Shown: positions 11,825-21,447, counted from the stretch's first letter. The stretch is DNA of 64,000 nt from Candidatus Deferrimicrobiaceae bacterium (GCA_963792415.1 CAWBVY010000007.1:32001-96000); one strand, 5' to 3'. The notes: generated by a model from the letters alone, not told the origin. Program-made: numbers and translations.

Positions 11825-13054
11825 GTGGAAATCGTCCTCCTCGTCGCCTTCTGCCTCCTGATGGAGGCGCTCTTCACAGGGTCCGAGATGGTGCTGATCT
11901 CGGCGGACCGGCACAAGCTCACCGACCGGTCCCGCCAGGGGGACCGGGGAGCGAAACTGGCGCTCGACCTCCTGTCGAAACCGGAACGCGCCCTCGCCGT
12001 CACCCTCACGGCGACGAACCTGTTCATCGTCCTCTCCTCCGTGGCCGTCACTTCGCGGCTCCTTCCCCGGTTCGGGGAATACGCGCCGCTCGTCGCCGTC
12101 GGCCTGGTCACGCCGCTCGTCATCGTCCTCGGCGAGGTCGTCCCGAAGAGCTTCGCGCGGGGGCGGGCGGACCGGCTCGCCTCCGCCGCCGGACGCATCG
12201 TCCGCATGGGGGAGATCGCGCTCTTTCCGCTGGTCGCGGCGGTCTCCTGGGTGGCGCGGACGCTTTCGGCCCCCTTCGGCGGGATCCCCCCCCTGCGGGC
12301 GCTCGTGACCCGGGAGGAACTCGCGCTGCTGCTGCAGGCGAGCCGGGGCGGGGGGTCGGACGTCGAGCCCCACGAGCGGATGATGGTGCGGCGCGCGTTC
12401 CACTTCGGCGAGAAAAGGGTGGAGGACGTGTTCCGGCCCCTCGCGCAGGTGGTGGCGCTCCCCGAGGACGCTACGTGCCGCGACGCGGCGCTGCTGGCCG
12501 ACCGGAGCGGGTATTCGCGCTACCCCGCGTATCGCGGGCGGATCGACCAGGTGGTCGGGTACCTCCACGTCCTGGACGTCGCGGGAAACGACCCCGCGGC
12601 CCCGGTGACGCCGCTGTTGCGGAAGCCCCTCTTCGTTCCCGAACTGATGCCGCTGGACGAGCTGCTGCGCGTGTTCCGGGACGCGCGGACCTCTTTCGCC
12701 GTAGTCGTGGACGAGTTCGGCGGGGTCACCGGGATCGTCACCGCGGAGGACGTGGTCGAGGAGGTGGTGGGAGAGATCGAGGACGAATACGACCGCCGCA
12801 TGGAATACTATACGAAGGTTTCCGAGGCGGAGTTCCTCGTTCCCGGTAGGATGGAGGTCGGCCGTTTCGCCGAGGTGATCGGCGTTCGCCTGGCGGAAGG
12901 GGACTACGCGACCGTCGGCGGCTTCCTGACCGACCTTGCGGGCCGGATCCCGTCGGCGGGGGAGACGTTCGAGGTCCCGGGGGCGATCCTTGCCGTCACG
13001 TCCGCGTCGGAGCGAGCCGTTCTGGAAGTCCGGGTGCTACGGGTAACGGCGTAG
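11825..13054 (+). CDS. Second CNNM/CorB-family CBS-domain membrane protein
   Basis: FTGSEMVL, GEVVPKS, YSRYPAY, VVDEFGGVTGIVTAEDVVEEVVGEIEDEYD. Confidence 0.9.
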   Translation: MEIVLLVAFCLLMEALFTGSEMVLISADRHKLTDRSRQGDRGAKLALDLLSKPERALAVTLTATNLFIVLSSVAVTSRLLPRFGEYAPLVAVGLVTPLVIVLGEVVPKSFARGRADRLASAAGRIVRMGEIALFPLVAAVSWVARTLSAPFGGIPPLRALVTREELALLLQASRGGGSDVEPHERMMVRRAFHFGEKRVEDVFRPLAQVVALPEDATCRDAALLADRSGYSRYPAYRGRIDQVVGYLHVLDVAGNDPAAPVTPLLRKPLFVPELMPLDELLRVFRDARTSFAVVVDEFGGVTGIVTAEDVVEEVVGEIEDEYDRRMEYYTKVSEAEFLVPGRMEVGRFAEVIGVRLAEGDYATVGGFLTDLAGRIPSAGETFEVPGAILAVTSASERAVLEVRVLRVTA

Positions 13055-13109
13055 GAGTCCGGCGTGGCCGGCGAGGACGGGAAACGGGAGCGGTGAGAAA
13101 GGAAGGACG

Positions 13110-13859
13110 TTGACGAAGGACCGCCTGAAAAAAATGCTCTCCGATGTGGCGGCCGGCTCCGTCTCCGTGGAGGAGGCGTTCGAGCGCCTTCGCACGTTGC
13201 CGTACGAAACCGTGGCGGGGGCGCACGTCGACCACCATCGCGGGATCCGGCAAGGGGTCCCCGAGGTGATCTTCGGCGAGGGGAAGACGGCGGAGCAGAT
13301 CGTGACGATCGCCCGGTCGATGCGAAAGGCCGGAGCGGGGGTTCTCGTCACGCGTCTGTCCGACGAAAAGATGCGGGCCCTCCGGAAGCGGCTCCGGGGG
13401 TCGCAGGCCCACCCGCAGGCCCGCTGCCTGGTGGTCCGGGACGGCGCCCCGAAGATCGTCGGGAAGGGGACCGTCCTCGTGGTGACGGCGGGCACCTCGG
13501 ACATCCCGGTGGCGGAAGAGGCGGCCGTGACCGCAGAATTCCTCGGCAACCGCGTCGATCGCCTCTTCGACGTCGGGGTCGCGGGGATCCACCGGCTTCT
13601 GCTGCAGCAGGAGCGGGTGCGCGGCGCGCGGGTGATCGTAGTGGCGGCGGGGATGGAAGGGGCGCTCGCCTCGGTGGTGGGGGGTCTGACCGACAAGCCG
13701 GTCATCGCGGTGCCCACCAGCGTCGGCTACGGGGCCGCCTTCGGCGGCGTGGCGGCGCTCCTCGGGATGCTGAACTCCTGCTCCCCGACCGTGGCCGTGG
13801 TCAACATCGACAACGGGTTCGGCGCGGGAGTCATCGCATCGGTGATCAACCGGCTGTGA
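13110..13859 (+). CDS. larB: Nickel pincer cofactor biosynthesis protein LarB (AIR-carboxylase-like)
   Basis: DHHRGIRQGVPEVIFGEGKT, TAGTSDIPVAEEA, DVGVAGIHRL, GMEGAL, PTSVGYG, LNSC..VVNIDNGFGA. Confidence 0.93.
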   Translation: MTKDRLKKMLSDVAAGSVSVEEAFERLRTLPYETVAGAHVDHHRGIRQGVPEVIFGEGKTAEQIVTIARSMRKAGAGVLVTRLSDEKMRALRKRLRGSQAHPQARCLVVRDGAPKIVGKGTVLVVTAGTSDIPVAEEAAVTAEFLGNRVDRLFDVGVAGIHRLLLQQERVRGARVIVVAAGMEGALASVVGGLTDKPVIAVPTSVGYGAAFGGVAALLGMLNSCSPTVAVVNIDNGFGAGVIASVINRL

Positions 13860-15028
13860 GCGGGCTCCTTTACTTCGATTGCTTCTCCGGGATCGCCGGG
13901 GACATGACGACGGCGGCGCTGCTCTCCCTTTCCGGGGCGGAGGCGGCGTTGCGCAAGGCGCTGAAAGGGGTGCCGCTCTCCGGCTACCGCCTCGGCGTGG
14001 AGCGGGGGACGTCCGGGGGAGTGGCGGGAACGCGGGTAAGCGTGAACGTCTCCCGGGGGAAAGCCGCCGCGCGGCATCTTCCCGACATCGTCGCCCTGCT
14101 GCGGGCCTCTTCCCTGCCCGGCGCAGTCCGCGCCCGGGCGATCTCCTGCTTCGAGCGGCTGGGGGAAGCGGAGGCGAAGGTTCACGGCATCCCGGTCGAC
14201 AAGGTCCATTTCCACGAGGTCGGCGCGGTCGACGCGATCGTCGACGTCGTTTCCGGCTGCTTCCTTTTCGAGCACCTCGGCGCGCCGAAGGCGTTCTGCT
14301 CCCCCCTCCCCGGGGGGTCCGGCGAAGCCTGGTCGGAACACGGGAAGATCCCCGTTCCCGGCCCGGCGACGCTCGAACTGCTCCGCGACGCGCCGTGGCG
14401 GTTCGGGGAAGGGGAAGGGGAGCTGGTGACGCCGACGGGGGCGGCGCTGCTGCGCGCGTTCGACGTCTCCTTCGGGCGGCCGCCGGGAATGGCGGTGCGC
14501 GGCGTCGGGATCGGGCTGGGGCACCGGGAGATCCCGGGACGGCCCAACCTGCTGCGCGTCGTCGTCGGGGACCCGGTGCCGGCGGCCCTCGGGCGGGACC
14601 GCGTCCTCGAGGTCGAGGCGAACATCGACGACATGAGCCCGCAGCGGTTCGAGATCCTGATCGAGCGGGCGCTTGCCGCCGGCGCCCTGGACGTGGCGAT
14701 CCTCCCGGCGACGATGAAGAAGAACCGGCCGGGCTGGGTGCTGCGCCTCCTGTGCCCCGAGGAGCGGCTCGAGATCGTCTCCTCGGCGGTGTTTTCCGTT
14801 TCCACCGCGATCGGCCTGCGGTTCCACGCGTGCGACCGGTTGAAGCTCGACCGCGCCTTGGTTCCGCTCGAGACGCGATACGGGCGCGTCCGGGTCAAGG
14901 AAGCGACGCTGCCGGACGGGTCGGTGCGCCCGGTGCCGGAGTACGACGACGTGAGGCGGATCGTGCGGTCGGGGGCGGCCACGTTCGACGAGGTGGCGCT
15001 CGAGGTGGCGAAGGCGTGGCGAAGGTAA
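13856..15028 (+). CDS. larC: Nickel insertase LarC
   Basis: YFDCFSGIAGDM, VHFHEVGAVDAIVD, ELVTPTGAA, EANIDDM, MKKNRPG, PEYDD; single uninterrupted frame. Confidence 0.93.
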   Translation: MSGLLYFDCFSGIAGDMTTAALLSLSGAEAALRKALKGVPLSGYRLGVERGTSGGVAGTRVSVNVSRGKAAARHLPDIVALLRASSLPGAVRARAISCFERLGEAEAKVHGIPVDKVHFHEVGAVDAIVDVVSGCFLFEHLGAPKAFCSPLPGGSGEAWSEHGKIPVPGPATLELLRDAPWRFGEGEGELVTPTGAALLRAFDVSFGRPPGMAVRGVGIGLGHREIPGRPNLLRVVVGDPVPAALGRDRVLEVEANIDDMSPQRFEILIERALAAGALDVAILPATMKKNRPGWVLRLLCPEERLEIVSSAVFSVSTAIGLRFHACDRLKLDRALVPLETRYGRVRVKEATLPDGSVRPVPEYDDVRRIVRSGAATFDEVALEVAKAWRR

Positions 15029-16392
15029 AGGTCGAGTTCGCCTGCACGGCGTGCGGGACCTCCTCTCCCAAGTGGGTGGGGAAGTGCCCGGGGTGCGGGG
15101 AGTGGAACACGCTGGTCGAAGAGGCTGTCGCCTCCTCCTCCTCGCCGCGGCAACGCACGGCCGGCATGCCCGACTTCCCCGCTTCGCGCCCGGTGCGCCT
15201 CACGGAGGTCGCGGAGACCGCCTCGTCGCGGACGTCGTGCGGGATCGGCGAGTTCGACCGGGTGATGGGGGGGGGCGTCGTCCCCGCCTCGGCGACGCTC
15301 CTGGGCGGCGATCCGGGGATCGGGAAGTCCACCATCCTCCTCCAGGCGGCGCGGGGCCTGGCCCGGCACGGGAAGCCGGTCCTGTACGTCTCGGGCGAGG
15401 AGTCGGAAGCGCAGGTGAAATTGCGCGCCTCGCGGCTGGGCGTGACCGACGCCGGGATCTACCTGATGTCGGAGACGTCCCTCGAGCGGATCCTCTCCGC
15501 CACCGGCGAGCTCTCCCCGGGGACGCTGATCGTCGACTCGATCCAGACCGTGTTTTCCTCCGACCTTCCCGGGGCGCCGGGTTCCGTCGGCCAGGTGCGG
15601 GAGTGCGCCGCGCGGCTCACCTACTTCGGGAAGAAGGCGGGGGTGTCGGTCTTCCTCGTGGGGCACGTGACGAAGGAGGGGGCGATCGCGGGGCCGCGGG
15701 TGCTCGAGCACATCGTGGACACGGTCCTCTACTTCGAGGGGGAGAAGGGACACCCGTACCGGATCCTGAAGGCGGTGAAGAACCGGTTCGGCTCGACGAA
15801 CGAGATCGGCGTCTTCGAGATGCGCGCCGAGGGGCTGACCGAGGTCGCGGACCCGTCGGGGATGTTCCTCTCGGAGCGGTCGGACGAGACGTCGGGAACG
15901 CTCGTCTTCCCGGCGATCGAGGGGACCCGGCCGCTGCTGGTCGAGGTGCAGGCGCTCGTTTCGCAGTCGTTCCTCGCGATGCCGCGCCGCACGACGCTGG
16001 GCGTCGACTACAACCGTGTGATCCTGATGTGCGCCATCCTCGAGAAGAAGGCGGGCGTCTCCCTCTACAACCAGGACGTCTTCGTCAACGTGGCGGGAGG
16101 GATCCGGGTCGACGAGCCCGCCGCGGACCTCGCCCTGTGCTGCGCCGTGGCCGGATCCTTCAAGGACCGGGTGGTCCCGCCGGGGACGGCGGTGTTCGGC
16201 GAGGTGGGGCTGGGGGGCGAGGTGCGCGCGGTGCCGATGGCCGAGATGCGCCTGAACGAAGCCGCCAAGATGGGGTTCTCCCGCGTCGTCCTGCCCGCGT
16301 CCAACGCGGAGCGCCTCGGCGCGAAGTTCCCCCTGGAACTGCTCCCGGTGCGCCACGTGAAGGAAGCCCTCTCCCGCGTCGCGGGGAAGTAG
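15016..16392 (+). CDS. radA: DNA repair protein RadA/Sms
   Basis: C4 zinc finger CTACG...CPGCGEWN, GDPGIGKST, KNRFG, Lon-like C terminus. Confidence 0.96.
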   Translation: MAKVKVEFACTACGTSSPKWVGKCPGCGEWNTLVEEAVASSSSPRQRTAGMPDFPASRPVRLTEVAETASSRTSCGIGEFDRVMGGGVVPASATLLGGDPGIGKSTILLQAARGLARHGKPVLYVSGEESEAQVKLRASRLGVTDAGIYLMSETSLERILSATGELSPGTLIVDSIQTVFSSDLPGAPGSVGQVRECAARLTYFGKKAGVSVFLVGHVTKEGAIAGPRVLEHIVDTVLYFEGEKGHPYRILKAVKNRFGSTNEIGVFEMRAEGLTEVADPSGMFLSERSDETSGTLVFPAIEGTRPLLVEVQALVSQSFLAMPRRTTLGVDYNRVILMCAILEKKAGVSLYNQDVFVNVAGGIRVDEPAADLALCCAVAGSFKDRVVPPGTAVFGEVGLGGEVRAVPMAEMRLNEAAKMGFSRVVLPASNAERLGAKFPLELLPVRHVKEALSRVAGK

Positions 16393-16398
16393 GCCGGC

Positions 16399-16848
16399 AT
16401 GGGGAAGAGGTACTGGGACGATCTGAGGGAGGGGGAACGGTTCACGTGCCGGCCCGTGGCGTTCGACCGGGAGGGGATCGTCGCGTTCGGAAAAGAGTAC
16501 GACCCGTGGCCGTTCCACGTCGACGGGGAAGCGGCCGGCCGGTCGATCTTCGGGGACGTGATCGCGTCCGCCCTGCACACCATTTCCGCCTGCACGCGGG
16601 TCGTTGTCGAAGCGAACAGGGACGTCGCGCTCCTCTCGGGGCTGGCCATCGACGAGGTCCGCACGCTCCATCCGGTGCGCCCGGGCGACGTGCTGACGGT
16701 CGAGGCGCGCTGGTCGGATCTGCGGCGGTCCCGCGGCAAACCGGACCGCGGGATCGCCGGAGTGAAGTGCACGGTCAGGAACCAGCGGGGCGATACCGTG
16801 CTGGAGTACGGGTACCGGTACCTGGTCGCCTGCCGGCCGGAGCCTTGA
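16399..16848 (+). CDS. MaoC-family (hot-dog fold) dehydratase
   Basis: YDPWPFHVD.EAA..SIFG.VIASALHT, PVRPGDVL, NQRG. Confidence 0.85.
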   Translation: MGKRYWDDLREGERFTCRPVAFDREGIVAFGKEYDPWPFHVDGEAAGRSIFGDVIASALHTISACTRVVVEANRDVALLSGLAIDEVRTLHPVRPGDVLTVEARWSDLRRSRGKPDRGIAGVKCTVRNQRGDTVLEYGYRYLVACRPEP

Positions 16849-16891
16849 TGGCGAGGGACGCCCACGGCAGCCAACGGAACAGGGGTGGCGG

Positions 16892-17455
16892 ATGAAACGT
16901 TGCGAATGGGCCGGCAGAGGCGAGCTCGAGCAGGCCTATCACGACAAGGAATGGGGGGTACCGCTTCACGACGACAGACGCCTGTTCGAGTTTCTCGTTC
17001 TGGAAGGGGCGCAGGCCGGCTTGAGCTGGTCCACCGTCCTCAAGAAACGGGAGGGGTACCGAAAAGCTTTCCGGAATTTCGATGTCGATATCGTCTCCGG
17101 ATTCTCGGAGGGGGAGGTTTCGATGTTGCTTGCCGACCCCGGGATCATCAGGAACCGGCTCAAGATCCGCGCCGCCATCGGCAACGCCCGGTCATTCCTG
17201 CGGGTACGGGAAGAGTTCGGAAGTTTCGATACCTACATCTGGCGGTTCGTCGACGGGACTCCCGTCCGGAATGCGTGGAGCCGGATGGGGGAAATACCGT
17301 GCCGCACCCCCGCGTCCGATTCCATGAGCAGGGATTTGCGGAAAAGAGGCTTCACGTTCGCGGGGTCGACGATCTGTTACGCCTTCATGCAGGCGGTCGG
17401 CATGGTGAACGATCACGTTGTGGAATGCTTCCGGCACGAAAATCTCTCGAGGTAA
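16892..17455 (+). CDS. tag: DNA-3-methyladenine glycosylase I
   Basis: RCEW...YHDKEWGVP, LEGAQAGLSW, IIRNRLKI, MQAVGMVNDH..C. Confidence 0.95.
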   Translation: MKRCEWAGRGELEQAYHDKEWGVPLHDDRRLFEFLVLEGAQAGLSWSTVLKKREGYRKAFRNFDVDIVSGFSEGEVSMLLADPGIIRNRLKIRAAIGNARSFLRVREEFGSFDTYIWRFVDGTPVRNAWSRMGEIPCRTPASDSMSRDLRKRGFTFAGSTICYAFMQAVGMVNDHVVECFRHENLSR

Positions 17456-17474
17456 AAGGCTCCCCGGCTTCGGT

Positions 17475-18071
17475 TTACCCTTCCCCCTTGTACCCCTTCC
17501 CCAGCAGGTAGAGCTCGAACGACTCCTTGCGCGTCGCTTCGGGCCGGAGGCGGCGGAAGTCCGTGAAGAACGGCTTCAGCTCCCGGAAGACCGCGTCGGC
17601 TTCCGCGCCGCCGAAGATCTTGGCGAGGAAGGTCCCGCCGTCGCGCAGCGTCTCCCGCGCGAGGCCGAAGACGGCCCGGACGAGGTCCGCCGAACGCGCC
17701 TGGTCGGTGAAGGCGGATCCGGTCGTGTTGGGGGCGGCGTCCGAGACGACCGCGTCGGCCTTCCCCCCGAGGAACTCGAGGAGCTCGGCCGGCAGGGCGG
17801 GGTCGTTCAGGTCCCGTTGCCAGAAGCGGAAATTTTCCCCCGGCAGCGTCGCCATCGGAAGGAGGTCGACGGCGGCGACCTTCCCCTTGCCGCCCACCAT
17901 GCCGAGAAGGATCTGGCTCCACCCGCCCGGCGCGGCTCCCGCGTCGATCACGCGGTCCCCGGAGCGAACCGCCTTCTCCTTCGCGGCGATCTGCGTCAGC
18001 TTGTACGCCGCCCGGGAGCGGTACCCTTCCTTTTTCGCCTGCCGGTAATACGCGTCTTTCCGGTCGTACAT
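17475..18071 (-). CDS. rlmE: 23S rRNA Um2552 2'-O-methyltransferase RlmE/FtsJ
   Basis: DAYYRQAKKEGYRSRAAYKL, DAGAAPGGWSQ, VVSDAAPN, KIFGG, ESFELY. Confidence 0.94.
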   Translation of the reverse strand: MYDRKDAYYRQAKKEGYRSRAAYKLTQIAAKEKAVRSGDRVIDAGAAPGGWSQILLGMVGGKGKVAAVDLLPMATLPGENFRFWQRDLNDPALPAELLEFLGGKADAVVSDAAPNTTGSAFTDQARSADLVRAVFGLARETLRDGGTFLAKIFGGAEADAVFRELKPFFTDFRRLRPEATRKESFELYLLGKGYKGEG

Positions 18072-18077
18072 TCCCTC

Positions 18078-18133
18078 ATCGTATCGGAACGGCCGGTTGT
18101 TGACACTCCGAAATCCTGTACGATAGAGTCAAC
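18078..18133. promoter_or_regulatory. Divergent sigma70-type promoters for rlmE and the polyprenyl synthase
   Basis: Plus: TTGACA 18100-18105, 18 nt, TAGAGT 18124-18129. Minus: GTGTCA, 17 nt, TACGAT (18083-18078). Confidence 0.55.
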
Positions 18134-18153
18134 GTGCCCGGGAGGAGAACATC

Positions 18154-19128
18154 ATCGACATCGACGGCGTCTTCCGCTATCTGAGCCGCGACCTCCGCAC
18201 GGTGGAACGTGCGCTCGTCTCCAGCCTGGCCTCCCCCGTTCCGCTCATCCCCGTCGTCGGAAAGCACATCACGTTGTCCGGAGGGAAGCGGGTCCGCCCC
18301 GCGATCCTGCTCCTGACCGCGGACGCCTGCGGCTACCGGGGTCCCCGGCGCACCGTGATGTCCGTGGTGACGGAGTACATGCACACGGCGACGCTCCTGC
18401 ACGACGACGTGGTCGACACCGGGACGGTGCGCCGGGGCAAGCCGTCGGCAAACGTCGTATTCGGCAACTCCGTGAGCGTCCTCGTGGGCGACTTCCTCTT
18501 CGCCCGCGCCTCCCAGTTGATGACGGACGACGGAGACATCGACGTCCTCGGGATCTACGCGCGCACCCTGGTCCACCTCTCGGAAGGGGAGGTGCTTCAA
18601 CTGATGAGGATGCGCGACGCGGGGATCACGGAGAAGGAGTACCTGAACGTCGTCTTCTGCAAAACCGCGTCTCTGATCGCCGCCGCCGCCGAAACCGGGA
18701 CGGTGCTCGCCGGCGCCGACCCCGCGACGCGCAAGGCGATGTTCGGGTTCGGGAAGTCGGTCGGGATCGCCTTCCAGCTGGTCGACGACATCCTCGACTT
18801 CACGGGGACGGAGAAGTCCCTGGGGAAGCACCCTCTGCAGGATCTGCGCGAGGGGAAGGTGACGCTTCCGCTCCTGCACGCGTTGCGCGAGGCGGGATCC
18901 GCGGACCGTGAGCGGGCGCGGCGCGCCCTCGCGAAGAAGGACCCCACCGACCGCGACGTCGCCTTCCTCGCCGGACTGGTGGCCCGCCACGACGGGATCG
19001 GGTACGCGGCCTCCCGGGCGAGGGAGTACGTCCGGCGCGGGAAGCGTCACCTCGCCGTCCTGCCCGACTCGCCGGCCCGTTCCGCCCTGATCGCCCTGTC
19101 CGACTACGTCGCGTCCCGGACCCGTTGA
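18154..19128 (+). CDS. ispB: Trans-polyprenyl diphosphate synthase (IspB/HepT-like)
   Basis: GGKRVRP, FARM LLHDDVVD...RRG, SARM FQLVDDILD, DLREGKVTLP; start uncertain (ATC 18154 with SD, or GTG 18202). Confidence 0.9.
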   Translation: MDIDGVFRYLSRDLRTVERALVSSLASPVPLIPVVGKHITLSGGKRVRPAILLLTADACGYRGPRRTVMSVVTEYMHTATLLHDDVVDTGTVRRGKPSANVVFGNSVSVLVGDFLFARASQLMTDDGDIDVLGIYARTLVHLSEGEVLQLMRMRDAGITEKEYLNVVFCKTASLIAAAAETGTVLAGADPATRKAMFGFGKSVGIAFQLVDDILDFTGTEKSLGKHPLQDLREGKVTLPLLHALREAGSADRERARRALAKKDPTDRDVAFLAGLVARHDGIGYAASRAREYVRRGKRHLAVLPDSPARSALIALSDYVASRTR

Positions 19129-19141
19129 TCGCGATTTTGCC

Positions 19142-19170
19142 TTGACGCGTGGAGCGCCGGGCGGCAGAAT
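19142..19170 (+). promoter_or_regulatory. sigma70-type promoter of the btu operon
   Basis: TTGACG, 17 nt, CAGAAT immediately upstream of the riboswitch. Confidence 0.6.
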
Positions 19171-19184
19171 GGTCGCGCAGATCG

Positions 19185-19375
19185 GAACGTTCCCGTCGGG
19201 GCAAGGGAAGATGGTGCGAGTCCATCGCTGCCCCGCAACTGTAACCGGTGACGAAATCCGCAACGGAGCCACTGCCCGGGTGACGAGAGCCCGGGCGGGA
19301 AGGCGCGGAGAGTAGGGGGGCGGCCCTTCGGGGGCCGCCGGGTAGCCGGAAGCCAGGAGACCTTCCCGGCGGGGA
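19185..19375 (+). ncRNA. Cobalamin (AdoCbl) riboswitch
   Basis: AGGGAAgatGGTGcgAgTCCatcgCTGCCCCgcAACTGTA, GCCACTG...GGGAAGG, B12 box AGCCAGGAGACC; upstream of btuFCDB; ends approximate. Confidence 0.93.
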
Positions 19376-19489
19376 GAGATCCCGAGACGCCTTTCGCGGG
19401 AGAAGGGCCGGGGCGCTTTCGCCGTCAGGACGCGCGTTTCATCCCCCATCCAATTTTCCGAAAGGCATCGGGCCGGGGGAGGATGCATC

Positions 19490-20449
19490 TTGGGCCGCGT
19501 CCGGATCACCGTCGCTCGCCTTGTTCTCGCGGGGTTCCTCCCGGCCCTCCTCCTTGCGTCCGCGATCGATCGTCCCGCGTTCGCGGCGGACCGGTTCCCC
19601 CTCGCGTTGAGGGACGACCGGGGCGTCACCGTCCGGCTCGCCGCCCCTCCCCGTCGCGTCGTCTCCCTGGCCCCCAGCCTCACGGAGATCGTCTTCCTCC
19701 TCGGCCGCGGCGGCTCCCTCGTCGGCGTCACCCGGTTCTGCAACGTTCCGGCCGCGGCTTCCGGTCTTCCGAAGATCGGGGGCGTGAGCGATCCCGACGT
19801 GGAGCGGATCGTCGCGCTGTCGCCGGATCTCGTCCTGTGCACGACGGACGGGAATCCCCGGGAGAAGGTGCGGGCCCTCGAGGAGATGGGGATCCCGTGC
19901 TTTGCCGTGGCCCCGCAGGATCTGGACGCGGTCTTCACCGCGATCGGGCGCCTGGGGTTCCTCCTCGGCGCCGCGGACCGCGGACGCGCCGAGGCAGAGG
20001 CGCTTCGTCTTCGCGCGCGACTGGCCCGCCCCCCCTCCGACGCCGCAGAAAAGCCCGCCGTCCTTTTCGTCGTCTCCACCGCGCCGATCATCGCGGCCGG
20101 CGAAGGAACCTTCATGGACGAACTGGTGCGTCTCGCCGGGGGAAGGAACGCCGCCGCGCGCTTTTCCGGCAGATATCCGCGGCTCTCCGTGGAGGGGCTG
20201 GTCGCCGCGCGCCCGGACGTGATCTTCGTCGCGGGGATGTCCGGCGTCGAACGGTTCCTGCCGGAGGTCACCCGCTGGAAGGAGGTCCCCGCGTTCCGGG
20301 ACGGCGCCGTCATCACCCTCGACGGGGACCTCGTGACCCGCCCGGGGCCCCGCCTGGTGACCGCGCTCGAGCGGGTATCCGCGGCTCTCGCCGAGTGGCG
20401 GAGAAGCCGACCGAAAGCGGCCGCGGCGGCCGCCGGGGGGGAGCGGTGA
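19490..20449 (+). CDS. btuF: Cobalamin ABC transporter substrate-binding protein
   Basis: Signal peptide, RRVVSLAPSLTEI, LVGVTRFCNVP, DLVTRPGPRL; TTG start 7 nt after GGAGG. Confidence 0.85.
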   Translation: MGRVRITVARLVLAGFLPALLLASAIDRPAFAADRFPLALRDDRGVTVRLAAPPRRVVSLAPSLTEIVFLLGRGGSLVGVTRFCNVPAAASGLPKIGGVSDPDVERIVALSPDLVLCTTDGNPREKVRALEEMGIPCFAVAPQDLDAVFTAIGRLGFLLGAADRGRAEAEALRLRARLARPPSDAAEKPAVLFVVSTAPIIAAGEGTFMDELVRLAGGRNAAARFSGRYPRLSVEGLVAARPDVIFVAGMSGVERFLPEVTRWKEVPAFRDGAVITLDGDLVTRPGPRLVTALERVSAALAEWRRSRPKAAAAAAGGER

Positions 20450-21447
20450 CGGGCGGCGGGAAGCGGAGCGGGGCGGTGTTCCCCGCGCTCGCCGCGGCGC
20501 TCCTCGGCGCGCTGGCCCTCTCCGCGGCCACCGGGCCTGTGCCGATCTCTTTCCGCGCGGCCTTCGACGCGATCTTCCGGGGAACGGACGACACCGCCGC
20601 CCGGGTCCTGTTGTCGCTGCGGCTTCCGCGAGCCCTCCTCGGCGCCCTCGTGGGCGGGGCCCTCGCCTCTTCCGGCGTCGCCTTCCAGGCGCTGCTGCGC
20701 AACCCGCTCGCCGACCCGTACATCCTCGGCGTGTCGGGGGGCGCCGCCGTGGGCGCTCTCACGGTGGCCCTCTTCCTGTCGGCGGACGCTTCCCCCCTCC
20801 TTCCGTTGTGCGCCTTCGCCGGGGCGGCCCTGTCCGCCATGGGCGTCTTCCTCCTCGCCCGCCGGCGGAGCGGCGTCTCCCCCGAGCGGCTGATCCTGAT
20901 GGGCGTCGTCGTGGGAGCGTTCCTCAACGCGGTCATCATGCTGATGGTGACCCTCGCCCCGCCCGGGAAGATCCCCGGCGCCCTGTATTGGCTGATGGGG
21001 GACCTGGGCCTGGGCACCCCCGGCCGCGTGGCGGTCCTCTTCCCGTACGTCGCGCTCGGCACGGTCCTCCTGTACCTGCTCTCCCGCGGACTGGACCTGC
21101 TCCTCCTCGGCGATCACGCCGCGTTCCAGGCGGGGCTCTCCGTCGAGCGGGTGAAGACGGCGACGTACCTCACGGCGTCGCTGCTGGCCGGCTCGGTCGT
21201 GGCGGTTTCCGGCCTCATCGGATTCGTCGGGCTCATCGTTCCCCACGGCGCGCGCGTGCTGGTCGGTTCCGGGCACCGCCGCCTCCTGCCCGCCGCGTTC
21301 CTCCTGGGCGGGGCGTTCCTCGTCCTCTCCGATACGCTCGCCCGCGCCGCCTCCCCCGCGGGGGAATTGCCGGTGGGAGCGGTCACCGCCCTCGCCGGCG
21401 CCCCCTTCTTCCTCTACCTGCTGCGCCGCAACGGGAGACGGGCGTGA
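20446..21447 (+). CDS. btuC: Cobalamin/FecCD-family ABC permease
   Basis: LRLPRALL, QALLRNPLADPYILGVSGGA, IGFVGLIVPH, LPVGAVTALAGAPFF. Confidence 0.87.
   Translation: MTGGGKRSGAVFPALAAALLGALALSAATGPVPISFRAAFDAIFRGTDDTAARVLLSLRLPRALLGALVGGALASSGVAFQALLRNPLADPYILGVSGGAAVGALTVALFLSADASPLLPLCAFAGAALSAMGVFLLARRRSGVSPERLILMGVVVGAFLNAVIMLMVTLAPPGKIPGALYWLMGDLGLGTPGRVAVLFPYVALGTVLLYLLSRGLDLLLLGDHAAFQAGLSVERVKTATYLTASLLAGSVVAVSGLIGFVGLIVPHGARVLVGSGHRRLLPAAFLLGGAFLVLSDTLARAASPAGELPVGAVTALAGAPFFLYLLRRNGRRA

Noticed and set aside
15267-15275. G9 tract in radA as a phase-variation site
   Set aside because: In frame, encodes Gly-Gly-Gly in a conserved segment; background for this GC content.
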